Source of the DNA: Psammoneis japonica
Lineage: Eukaryota
Length of the DNA: 64,000 nucleotides
Assembly (NCBI GenBank): GCA_008632985.1
Contig: QPGO01000058.1
Location: 372,001-436,000, forward strand
Direction: 5' to 3'
Below, piece after piece: positions 11,295 to 23,288 of this stretch (its first letter is position 1; every line of letters starts with the position of its first letter). Below the pieces are notes generated by a model that made no database searches, was not told where the DNA came from, and saw only the letters and a list, made by a program, of their open reading frames with translations. The translations under genes were made by a program, and so were the position numbers.

Positions 11295-13039
11295 AGGTGA
11301 ATGACAACTTTGGGATAGCACGGGAGGCTAGCTTGACAGTTGTCCTATCACCTCTAGAGCCGCGACAACTATCGATTCCATTATGGTATTTATTATTAGG
11401 TCCAGCAGACAACAGCACGGTAGCCTTTCACGTTTGAAGGAGAAAGAAAGTACTCAAAAAGTGTCCAAAGCCTTCCATGAAATGGATCCCTGCAAGGAAA
11501 TATCTGGAAGAGCTCTGGGGAATGTCAGCAGAGGAAAGACAGTCGATCCGGTCTTTTCATGTGACCACTGATGAGTTTCACGTGCGTCTGAGTTAAGCGT
11601 TTCCTTATGCAGTGCATCCACCAACTGCAGCATCTATTCTTTGGCTCGTCATGATCACAGTATCGCGAAGCGAAAATATTACCATGCCTTGTCACTACTC
11701 GCTTAACTGAAAATGTTGGTCTGCGCGCAGAGTTTTGTAGGGAGTTTTAACAGCAACATTGGTCATCGATTGAGTGTTTGGTGTTGCTGTGACGGGTCGA
11801 GACAACCGGAGGCTTCTGAACATATAAACAACTTTAACCTCTTTGGCTCATGTGTGGAGGAGAGAAGCAGATGAAGTCTTACTAGCTAGTTCACCTGCTT
11901 TCTCTCAAGCACTTTGAAAGAGAGCCTGTTTCGCCAGTCCATCAAATGCACCTGCATAACATCTTGCATGGACTTGGAATGTTCTCATTCATCAATCTCA
12001 GGTTGGTTTGGGCATGTACATTCAACCATTGCTCAATGGGTCAAATGGCTCACTTTTCGGTGTTCAAACTGCCTTTCCAATTCATTGCTGCCAGGACCAC
12101 CAAAGAGTCCTTTGCAGTCACACCCTCACACTGACAAAAGCTCACAAGGTGAAGATTGGAGATGGCTGTGCCTGCACTGCATGTGCCTCTTCTCCCAATT
12201 GGTGGCAGGGCCAGAGAGTGAGAAAGGTGCAGAATGACAAGGGAAAAGCTTGTGGACATCAGCAACCATCTGGGATGTGGTTGCAGAGCTGCAGGCAGAC
12301 GAATCTTGGCAGGCATTGGCCAATGCACTTGAAGCATTGTCAACATCAAGGCCTGTGGCATGGCATTGCATGTGTCAAAGTGCAATTTCTTGGCTCCTGG
12401 TGACCTTTTTGAATTGCACATGACAGAGGAGCATCGTGCTGACCCTGCATGTTGTGCACAAGAAACAGAGCTGGCATTTGCAAGGTGCAAAATGGAAATC
12501 TGGAGGTGAGCATGTGTTTGCAAAAGCACCCATGTGTGTCTGCTGTGTGCACAATGCTGGGTCTCACCCTCGTGAAATTGGCTCAGCTGCACTTGCAGGT
12601 TTGCATGGGCATGATGAACCAATTTGGCAGTGGCAGCAGCACTAGACCGGTGGTGGCCAATGATGTTCAACATGGAGCTGAGGGGCAAAGCAAGACATGG
12701 CATCAACATTGGATGGTCAGAGCAACACCATGGCTTGGCACCAGAGATGGAAGCAGCTTTGGCAACAGCAGGAGTGTTGGATTGACAGCAAGAGGCTGGC
12801 TTTCAGATGGCTGTGGTGCACGGAAAGCATTGTTGAATTTTGCACAGGAGCTGGAGATGGTTTTGTTGCAGCGGCAGTGAAACCAGATTTTTGGCCAACT
12901 GTGGGAAGGAGCGGCAGTGTCTAAGGCAATGACAAATTTGGCATTGAGAAAAGAGATGGCTTTGCTGGCAGAGGCAGCAACAGCATTTGACTGCGGCACT
13001 GCAAATGTGGAAGATGATGTGGGAGAATTTTGTTGAAGC

Positions 13040-13860
13040 ATCACCTGGGGTTGGCTGTTGGCCCTGCAGCATCTGCCAGCAGCAGTGTGGTGGTGGGAGG
13101 TGAGCTTTCAGTGGGTGGCTGTGGCTGGCAGTCTGACTGAGATCTGGTGGGACTTTGATGATTTGGCAGTGACATGCAGTCATGGGCAATGGGGAAAATT
13201 CATTCAAGTGTCACCTGGAGACAGCGCGCCAGGGCCTGGAGTTGGTCTGACAACATCTGCCAGCAGGAGCTCAACAGTGGGAGAAAAGCTTGCAGCAGGA
13301 TCTGGCAGAATTTTGGTGATTTGGGTGTGACACAGTTGTCAAAGATGGGGGGGGTGTCAGAGTGTCACCTGGAAACAGTGCAGAGCCTGGAGTTGGTTTG
13401 ACAGCAGCGGGAGGGAAGCTTGCAGCGGGGGTGACTTTGGGTCCTGCCAGAGATCTGATTGGGATCTTTTCAGGATTTTGATGATTTGGCTGTGATGCAG
13501 ATGTGGAAAACAGGGGAGAATTTGTTGGAGCATTGCCTGCAGATGGCATGGAGCAAAGAGTTGGGGTCTGACAGCATTCACCAGCAGCGCGGTGGTGGTG
13601 GGAGGTGAGCTTGCAGTGGCTGGCTGGCTGCAGGCATCTGATTGGGATCTGGCAGAATTTTGACAGTTTGGCTGGCTGGGGTGCAGTTGCGAAAGATGGG
13701 GAAGGATTCATTGGAGCATGGCCCAGAGACAGTGGTGCAGAGCCCAGTGTTGGTTGCACAGCATCTTGCTGGCAGCACAGTGGTGGGAGGCAACCTTGCA
13801 GTGGGCAGCTGCAACCAAGGATCTGATCAGGTTCTTGTGGAATTTTGATTGTTTTGCCAT
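13040..13860. repeat. Degenerate tandem repeat, about 5 units of 150-190 bp
   Basis: Recurring gagttggt.tgacagca, ggtgggaggtgagcttgcagtgg and gatctggcagaattttga segments. Confidence 0.7.
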
Positions 13861-14315
13861 GGAGCCTGGCACTGAAGTGCTTGGTGGCAGGGTGAAGGTT
13901 GCTTTTGGCAAAAACAATGTTGTTGGAGGTCCTGTTTTTAGCTTGCAAGGAGGAGCCAATGGCCCCTGAGCTGCTCATTCCAGTCATGGGCTTCAGCCTC
14001 ATGGTTTGTTTCAAGCACTTGCCAGCACTTGGCTGGCCTGGAAATTTCCAGCTGACAGCATGTGCAAGCCATTGATTTAAATGGGGAGAGTGTCAGAACA
14101 ATGCACACAGTGTCAAGATTGTTTTTGTGTCATGCATGTGTTGGCTGCTGTGCTGGTTTCATCTTTTTTTAGAGGGTTGAGAAGCAGCACCAAACTGCAA
14201 CAACAGCCAAGGTGGTGCCACAATTGGGCACAAGACTTTGTGGTGTGACTTGGGGTGTGTTTCCAAATTTTGGAAATCCAGCATTGTCAATGACTGAATG
14301 GTGGGCAGCAGTCAG

Positions 14316-14634
14316 TGTTGGAACATCTAGATCTGGGACATGATTGCAAGGTGCTCAGACATGCAAAGACAATTTTGACTTCTGACATGGCTCACCAAGC
14401 AACTCTCCATCAGAAGAGTTCTGCTGTCATTGGCCCCAGCAAATCATTTGGTTTGCATGATTTGTCATCAAGCAGTGTCAGCAGGTGCCTGTCATTGCAT
14501 GAGTTTGCAGTTTACATTGACACCTTTTGCCAACTCACAGCCATTGCAGATTGCCAAGGCAAGTGTGCCAAGCATCATAGAAAGCCCAGTTCTTGGATTC
14601 TCTTTTTTGGCGACATTGACTTGCCGGCTCAACA
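14316..14634 (+). repeat. 5' LTR of Copia element
   Basis: Begins tgttggaacatctagatc, ends gacttgccggctcaaca, homologous to 21016-21359. Confidence 0.85.
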
Positions 14635-14699
14635 TTCCCTCTAAAGAGTCACTGGCACTGCACTCAGTGCTTGCACACACTGACCTGCGTGCAGTTGAT

Positions 14700-17600
14700 T
14701 GAGTGTTGAAGACCTGCACAAAGGAGGTGGCAGAACAAGTGACCAAGGCCAAAGACATCAATGATGTCAAGGAGAAGATCATCCATCACACACAAAAAGA
14801 GCATGATTGGGGTGTGCATGTGGCAAGGTCTTTGGAAGACATGAAATGCAACAAGATTTTGATTCCAGGAAACCCACCTTGAAGTGTCCATGGCAACATC
14901 ACCTGACCCAATGCATGCAGAATGCCAAGCAGCATTGCAAAAGAAAGAGTGTGAAGACAAGAAGCTGGAGTGCAAGTGTGCAAAGCAGAGCCAAGGAGCA
15001 ACTGTCATGGAAAAGCAGAGCAGTTTGAAAAGAGTGAGACAACTGTGCTTGCCAAGATTTTGGATGACTGCTGCACCAAGCAAATGAAGCAGAGAGTGCA
15101 ACAAGCTGATCCCAGTCACCCCAATGTTGGGGACAATCTGATCAAGTTGCCAAAGCTGATTCAATCCCCCTTTCATTTGTTCAATGAGAGGTTGACATCC
15201 ATTCTGTGCACTTGCCAAGGCCATGAAGCACATTCCAGATGCGAGGCAACAAACAAACAAGATGCCAAACAAATGCCTGTCAAGATTCAACAATGAGAGT
15301 GACGCTGCAAGTGAAGGGCTCAGGACTGGAAGACAGAATGCCAGATGGATTTTTCCACAACACCAAGGATTGACAGGAAGGAGGCTCAACACTTTGTGAC
15401 AAACTGCAGAAGTCAGCATTCAAGACTTGGACAACATTTCTGTTTGTGATGAACAGTGATGATTGCTGCCACAAGAGCTTGAAGAAGAGCTTCATGAGAG
15501 AGTGCAGTCTGGGCACATGGGATGAGTGCTGTGATTGGTTTGACTGTCCCTGCAATTGTTGCCAAAGCATGACAAAACAGCACGTGAATCCATTGCCACC
15601 ATTCATTTGTTGACCACAAACAATCACCAAGCCAATGAGACACAATGTGATCTGCAAGCCTCTCATTGACACAGCTGCACCCAAAAGTGGCAGAGCAACA
15701 CTCTTCCAGTTGGACCCCAACTCATTCAACAGAATGTGTCATTGTGGCATTGTTGCAAGCTTGCAGACATCCCAAGCTGGGAGTGGTCACAAGCAAAAAA
15801 TCTGTGGTTGTCAATTTAAACTGTGCATCAATGACTGAACAAATTGAGAAAAAGCAAGCTGGCACAGCTGGCAAAGAAAAGACCAGAAATGAGCATGAAC
15901 CAAACCAACACAGGTGTTGAGATGGATGACATCATCCTTGACAATGGCTCCACCCTTGGCCACATGGCAGCAAGCCACAGACCAGTGCACACAATGGAAG
16001 ACCAGCCAAGATCAAGATCCATCCATTGACAAACACTGGAGCAGACATCCCAGAGAAAGACTGCTCCATGCCTGGATGGGAGGGATGTGGAGTTCAGAAC
16101 AGAGAATGCAATGGCAAACATCCTTGGTGCAAAGGATGTGAAGAGCAAGTGCTGCACAACATGTGACAACCAAGTGGCAGACATGTTCCGGCTGTTGGAT
16201 GAGAAGACTGGCAAGCAAGTTGTCGCTGTTCAGAGCAAATGACATTGAGCTGAGCACCTTTGCACCAAGTTGGAGATTCTTCAACCACATTGAAAAACTC
16301 CAAGAAAGCAAGTTGCATGTTGGCATGCCATCAAAGAAAAAGGTCAAGAGAAGCAAGAAGCACAGGAGCACATCACAAGCTGTGGCTCCAATGGCAAAAC
16401 AGAGTTCCACAGGCCACACCAAGAGGAACAAGGTGGTGAGCACTGAGCAAGCATTCAGACCACACTGTGAGGCTGGAACTCCCAGTGCAAGGGAATTCAA
16501 GTGACATTTGTGCTCAGATCAGGCGAAGAACTTGTCCATCCACCCAAAGATGTGGACAGGATGGTGACCATTTGGGGTCCACCAACAGATGCACATCACA
16601 AGGCAAGACCAAACAATGTGCACATTGCTCAGAGGAACAGCCCAACATTGTGGCTGTCCCCCTTGAGACACACAAGAAGACAGAGAGAAGGCATGATCCT
16701 CTGCATTGATGTCATTGAAGCATGCAGAGTCAAGATGCTGCATGTGACAGACAGTGCTGTGAGACTGGCATCCAAGAAGCACATCAATGCATGCAGTGCA
16801 CTGGACATGATTCTCTGGCAGTGCAACACAGCCTTGTTCAAAATTGAACTCACTGAGTGGTGCAATCCTGAGTTCAAAAATGGTGTGCTGGTGGAAGTCA
16901 CCAACGGTGTGAATTTAGAGCTGATGTTCACAAACACCAGCAACCATGTTTCTGAAGTTGAGAAGAGCATTGAGACTGTCAAAGAGCCAACTTGAGCCAC
17001 TGCACACCACCTGCCATGCAAGACAATGCCCAAGTTGATGTGCAAGCATGGTGCAATCAAGAAGATTGTCATGTCAAACAAGCACCAGCAGAAAGAAGGA
17101 ACTTCTGACATTTGCAGTCCACACACCATTGTGCAGCAAAGGAACCTTGACCATGACAACAAGCACTTTGAGCTTGCCTTCAGAGTGAATCTGTCCTGTC
17201 TCACGTTGAGAACAACCCAATGAACACCATGGATGCATGTGGCATTGACAGCATGTGTTTGCAACCACATTGTGACATTGAGTGGCCACCACACCACAAA
17301 TCAATCTGCAGACAGGCAAGCTTCTGAATCCCTGCAAGCATGCTGCCGCACCCTCCACCATCATGCATGCACAAGGGGCTGAGAAGATGGCCACAGCACA
17401 AGGCATCAAAGATTCTTTTAAACTCATGTGCAGCAAATGCAGAGACAATCTGTGCAATGCTGGTTGGACTGCAGGAGTGGACAACAAAAGCAACGAAGAC
17501 AAAAGTGATGACAAAGATGCAAACAAAAAACAAAGATGAGCCCAGAAATGTTGTGGCTGCCTCAGAAGATGATGACTGCAAAGACAAAGCAGACTTGGAT

Positions 17601-19695
17601 GAAGAGCACAAAGAAGCAAAAGAAATCCTGGCCAACAAAAGATCCAGCCTCAATCAGCAGCAAATGAACCAAGAAGTCATTGACAAAGACTGCAATGGCA
17701 ACAACAACACCAAAGAAGACAAGGATGGTGAAGAGTCAGAAGAAGATGACAAAAAGACACAAGATGGGAAGGAGAAAGACAGGAGGAACAGGCAAGAGCC
17801 ACATTTGCCAGAACAGCCAGAGCTGCCAGATCCTTCAATGCTGCAACACACATTCAGAACGGAAGAAAACCTGCCAAGAAAAGAAAATTCTGTTTGCAAG
17901 AGTGGCAGATGATGTGAAAGAGAGAAGCATGATGAGCAAAACAGACTCAAACACTGTTGCCATTTACAAATGAACATGAGCCCCAACTGAGAAAAAGACA
18001 TCAAGCATGACACAGAAACAGCATCATGGTGCTGGCACAAATGATGTGTGCTGAGATTGGCAACTGACTCCAATCAGAAAATCAGGCATTTCCTTTCCTC
18101 AGCAATTGTCAGGCCAGAAATGATGTGTGATGCCTCAGAGAAGGAGATGAGACAACTCCACAACAGAGTGTGCTTTGTGCCAATGTCAATTGAAGGCATG
18201 ACTCTGACTGAAAGGGCCAAGACTGTGATTGCCTCAATGTCTCTAATGGAAAAGTAGGATGGATGGACATGTGAGAGGGCAAATGGTTTGCAACAGAAAA
18301 CTGACCAGAGAACAATGGCTGGACAAGGATGAGTTGGCCAGCCCAAAGCATCATTGGAGACAATGCTGATGACAGACATTGTTGATGATGTGGAAGAGTG
18401 TGAGACATGATGAGTGCTGATGCACCAAATGCATTCATCCAGACATTGACCCTGGAACCCAAGGAAGGTGAAGACTTGATCATGACAAAGATTGCAGGAG
18501 TGTTGGCAGACATGCCAGCGAGCATTGATCCCAACCCATGTGGGCCATTTGTGGTCATAGAAAAGGGGAAGAGAGTCCTCTGCATCCAAGTCATTGGAGC
18601 TGCACATGGCATGTTGGTTGTGGCTCTGCCATGGCACAAACAATTTTGCGAGGACTTGGAGAAAATTTGGCTCAAGTTCAACCTGCACAATCCATGCATT
18701 GCAAGTGGTCAACTGGTCAATGGCAAGCAGTGCGCTGTGCACTTCCATGTGGATGCCCTGCTGTCAAACCACATGAACCTAAAAGCAAATGACAATTTCT
18801 CAAGCTGGCTCAACAAGGTGCATGGAAGCCATGGTGAAGTTGCTGCAATGCAAGGAAAGAAACACAACTGTCTTGGGATGGTCCTTGACTTCAGCCATGA
18901 AATGACAAGGTGAAAGTTGACATGACTGGCTGCATTCACAAGCTGAGCAATGAGTTTCTTAAAGAGAAAAAGTTGCCATGATGCCAGCTAGAGAGAGCCC
19001 ATTTGACACCAGCAACACAAGATTGCTGCCCAATGAAATGAAGATGTTCCACATGTGGGTGGCCAAGGAACTTTTCACACTCAAGAGAGGTCATGTGAAT
19101 GTGCACCCCACCGTTGCAGCACTGTGCACATGAGTCTCAGAGAGCCTGCCAACAAGGACTGGGGAAAGCCAGTCCATTGTGTCAAGTGTCTGAACCAGAC
19201 ACAAAGGACCTCTGAGGAATCACGGGGCACACACATGCATCATTTTTGGTGCACCCTGATTTTAAGGAGTTGCACAGGAGGAGTCATGACCATGGGCAAT
19301 GGAGCAGTGCAGGCCATCATGAAGAAGTGCCAAAAGCTTGACACCCAGAGCAGCACAGAGGCTGAACTCACAAGAGTCGTCAATGATGCAATGACCACAA
19401 TTCTGTGGATGAAGTTGTTCTCATGGAGCACCAGCAAGGGCATCTGATTGAAAAGAATGTCCTTTGCCAGGACAACAAGAGCACCACACTGTTGGAGACC
19501 AGTGGGTGCAGGAGTGCTAGAAAGCAGTCCAGAGCACTTGAAATTTGGCCTTTTTTTGTTGCCAACCAGACCAAGAAGGGCAATCTCAGAGTGCAATGTT
19601 GTTCAACCCCTGACATGCTTGGGGAGACTTTGTGACCAAGCCACTGCAGGGCAAGAAGGTTTGAAAGTTTGGGCAAGCCGTCATGGGCTGTCAAC
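14700..19695 (+). pseudogene. Degraded Copia gag-pol
   Basis: PR, IN, RT and RH motifs are split over many frames, with stops and systematic Tyr>Cys/His and Arg>Cys/Trp/Gln changes. The gag start is approximate. Confidence 0.85.
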
Positions 19696-21015
19696 TGTGA
19701 GCATGGCAGGAATGTTTCCGGTTTGCATGTCAGACAAGAATTCTGACATGTGTGGGCAAGAGATCCATGCAACCTGGAATGTGCCCAGAACTTCAAGGTT
19801 CAACTGACCACAATTTGCATCATCAGTGTTTGTGTTCTTCCAGAACAGCCACCAGCCACAAACAAGATCAACAATGCAGACCAACAATGAGTTCAATGCA
19901 CTGCATGATGTGGTCACAAAGTGGAAGCCATAGAATTGCTGGTGCAAGTTTGGAGAGCTGGGAGACACAAGGTGAATGCTCCTCATGGGAACAATGCACA
20001 ACAAAAGCAAAGTGCCAGTTGAGAAATGACCCTCACATCCATCGTGATGTTTTGGATTTGTGTCAGTTGACTGTCAATGCAAAGGAAGAGAGAGAGAGAG
20101 AGGACTGTGTGTTTTTCTTTGCAATGAGATCTAATCCCTTCTGCCAAAATGGAGCACCACGTGGATGAAGAGGCACAGCACAATGGGGAGTGCACATGAA
20201 AGCTCAGAGATGTGGAGCACAGAATTTTGTGAGTTTGTGTTTGCCACCACACCTGTGTTTTCCTTGCACAATGATTGGAGCATGCAACTGAAATTGAGTC
20301 ACATGGTTGGAACACACACATGACCAATGGACATTGGCAGATTGTTGGAAGCCAAGCCACAAGACAACAAGGCAAAGCATGTTTTCATGACACTGGACGA
20401 CATGATGTGAGCAACAAGCATTTCAAGGACAAGTGTGTCAGTGGATGGATCCAGGGATGATGAGTTGCACCAGTCAGCTCAAGACAAACATGAAATCAAA
20501 CAATTGACCAACAAGTGTTGACAGTCAATTGCTCTGCTGTGGCATGGACAAATTCGGTGTTTGTGAAGATGAAATGAGTTGTTGTGGACTCATGTGAGAT
20601 GCAAATGGCATCATCCACAATGCAAAGAAGCCATCATTTTTTCCCACCATGATGTCAATCACCAAGCAAAGTCTGAGTTGGAATGGACTTGTTGCCAGAC
20701 AGAGCTCTTTGAGTTGACTCCAAAGAGATCAATGGTGGGATCTTGGACCCACTCATTGGCCCACACAATTGTGATTTGTCATGCCCATGTCAGGTGCGTG
20801 TTTTGTGGTTTGTGGAGAGTGCATGAGAGATTGCAGACTCAACATGGTTGACTTCTCCAACAGGGGATGGCACGCCAATCTGTGCAGTTCTAACTTGGAA
20901 GATGTCAGTGACAGAAGTGGCTGATGATGTCAATCTGGTTGCTGTCCCAGGAGGATCCATTCCTCAGCACTGTTGGACCAAAATTTAAAATGCTGGTGCA
21001 AGCAGCACAGGAGTG

Positions 21016-21359
21016 TGTTGGAACATCTAGATCAAGGACATTGTGGGGTGCCTGGAAATGCAGAAAAAGAGACACATTTGACTCGTGACATGGCTTGCTA
21101 AGTGGCTCTTAATGAGAAGAGTTCCGCCATCATCAACCCCTTGCTTTTGGTTTTTCATTTGACTCTTTGGAGCAAATCATTTGGTTCAATTGATTTGTCA
21201 TTTGGCATCAGAGGGCACCTGCCATTGTGCAAGTTTGTGGTTTACATTGATGCCTTTTGGCAAACCACAGCCATTGCAGATTGCCAACGCAAGTGCGCTG
21301 AGTGTCGCAGGAAGCCCAGCAGGATTTCCTTTTGGCAACATTGACTTGCCCATTCAACA
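21016..21359 (+). repeat. 3' LTR of Copia element
   Basis: Preceded by PPT-like cacaggagtg, begins tgttggaacatctagatc, ends gacttgcccattcaaca. Confidence 0.85.
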
Positions 21360-22575
21360 AACAGGGCTCTTTGCTGGCTCAATGGAGACATTGCTCTTGC
21401 AGCCACACTGGCATGGTTGACAAAATGCAAAGCATGCCAAGCAACCTGGAAAATGGCACCACAGCCCATTTTCCCTGTTGGCGGTGGTGGGGGGGCAACC
21501 TGGAGCACAGCATGGTTTCTCCAAAATGACCGCAGTTTGGGCACGAGGTGTGCTTTTGCAATTCCCCTGCACTCCAACAATGTGCGACCACTTTGCACCA
21601 TGGAAAAGTGGCAAATGGCAGCTGGTTTTTGAGCCTGTGGCCAGCTTGTGCAGCGGGAAGAGCTGTGTCTGCCGGCAAGCACATGGTGTGTGCGTGCTCA
21701 TGCACATCACAGCTGGTGTTGACAGCAGAGAAGATCCCACACATGCCACACTTGTGGCCAGCCATGTGGTGTGGTGCAAATGATGTGTCAAGTGCACAGG
21801 CTTTGGCGCATGGAGCACACATGCCAGATGTGCAGAGCAGCGACCTGTGCTGGGTGGAGGAGAGAGCTTCAAGGGGCCACATGGCCACATTTTGCTTTTT
21901 TGTCAACAGGCCATTCAGACATGAACCAGTCTTACAAAAATTGTCACACCAACCACACGGGCTCAGTCACACCCCAGTGCACTGCCTGTGCTTCTGCGCA
22001 CAGGTCAGAGATAGATGCGAGACACAGGAGGATGCTGTGCCAGCCACAGGTGATTGAGAACCAGTCGTGGTGACAACTCGATCGAAGCACAGACGAGAGA
22101 ACATTGACACGGCATGGAATGCATGGTGTGCAAAGCAGGAACAGGATGTCACGATCGAGCGGAGCGAGCGCGCGAGGAGGATAGGATGGAGTCACGCAGC
22201 CCAGCCAGCGTCAGGCAATCTGCAACTATTATGTTTCAGCAAGAAATCATGTAGAAAAGACAGAAAGTAATTGACATGCTACGACCGATTTCGGACACCA
22301 CAGAGTTGTGAAAGAAGCGGGAGTGTGTAACTATCTACGTGCACAGCTGTATCTTAGATAAATCAAAAAGATAAAATCAATGTCTCTACAATGACACTCA
22401 TAAGTAATAATTTTTATTGTAACTGTGCTGATCACAAGTTTGTCGTTTCTACAGTTATGTACACTACTGACTTTTGGAAAGGCATCCACACGGACATCGT
22501 CGGAGAAACACATCATAGTCGTAGAATGCGAAGCCTTCGGATCAACCCCTCACTTCTTCTTGACGCGACCTCTGC

Positions 22576-23288
22576 ATGCTGACACAATTCATACCGTGGA
22601 GATATTGTAATTCTTCGGGTGTTCTCTTCACCATGATTACGACCAGTAGCTCCCTGCTTCGTTTGAACTCTTGTTGTTCCTTGGGGACGACAATCCAGCA
22701 GGAATGGACATGCTCCTATTGCTCTTACCCAAATGTCGATTCCGGAAATCAAACTTGTTCAGTTTGTGGCACAAATCGAGACGCAAAAGTCTCTTCTTCG
22801 CTTTTGGATTCGAGCACTCCGCAAGCCCCTCAAGATTCTTTCGCCAAGAATCTGTGTTCTATGGAAGAACACGGAAAGGAAAAAGTTGGCGAGGCAGAGA
22901 AAGAAGAATCAGGAGAACCGACCGAGTGCAATACATCTGCTAGTTCCTCTCTTGAGGAATCACCCCCTCATCATTTGCAAGTCAACGTACATCCAAGAAA
23001 AATAAGAGCCGGTAACAACGAGAGCTGGGCTTGTCGCCTGTGCACTTTTGTGAACGAAAACCCTCTTCACCTAACATGTGGAATGTGTGGGAAGAAGCGT
23101 CGGGAGTGCCCTGTAGATGATCCCAACTTCCTACCAAACGGCTCGAAAGGTTCACATGAAAAAGGGGGTGACTTTCTCGGAGAGTATCAAAAAGCCTTTC
23201 TAGAAAGAGTGATCTGAGAGCTGCACAGATACGTGAGTTGATCGCATATCAAACGGAATTGCTCGAAGAAATTCAGTTGCAACAGTAG
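22576..23288 (+). CDS. Protein with two RanBP2/NZF-type zinc fingers; probable frameshift near 23210
   Basis: WTCSYCSYPN...CSVCG and WACRLCTFVN...CGMCG. The ORF stops at 23217, but a shifted frame continues LRAAQIRELIAYQTELLEEIQLQQ* to 23288. Start uncertain. Confidence 0.7.

Larger units (their letters stand above)
14316..21359 (+). mobile_element. Full-length, heavily mutated Ty1/Copia (CoDi-like) LTR retrotransposon
   Basis: Paired LTRs TGTTGG...TCAACA. Domain order: protease (IILDNGST, ~15930), integrase (DVDRMVTIWGP, ILCIDV, HVSEVEKSIETVKE), RT (KEMRQLHNR, ADAPNAFIQT, FHVD, LGMVLDFS), RNase H (QKLDTQSSTEAEL, QDNKS, TKPLQG). cacaggagtg precedes the 3' LTR. Confidence 0.92.
11890..22180. 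other. TpA/CpG-depleted hypermutated block 2
   Basis: About 30 TA in 10 kb by hand count. 16021-17040 has 1 TA and 4 CG. Confidence 0.9.

Noticed and set aside
9415..14634. LTR at 9490-9724 pairing with the LTR at 14316 to form an element that captured the GT34-like gene
   Set aside because: The 5' parts of the two LTRs do not match, no target-site duplication is seen, and the 14316 LTR pairs with 21016 around a complete pol.
18400..19690. ADAR-type RNA hyper-editing or DGR-like adenine mutagenesis
   Set aside because: Both TA>TG and TA>CA occur on the same strand, AA runs are preserved, non-retroelement sequences are affected, and there is no template/variable repeat pair.
14316..21359. 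Classical fungal RIP as the cause of degradation
   Set aside because: RIP turns CpA/TpG into TpA and makes DNA AT-rich. Here TpA is lost and CpA/TpG gained.
11914..22195. Dense overlapping six-frame ORFs rich in Cys/His/Gln/Trp in the depleted blocks (also e.g. 46735..47829 and 58668..59567)
   Set aside because: Loss of TA removes TAA and TAG stops and Tyr codons, so spurious ORFs lengthen in all frames. They are not evidence of functional genes.
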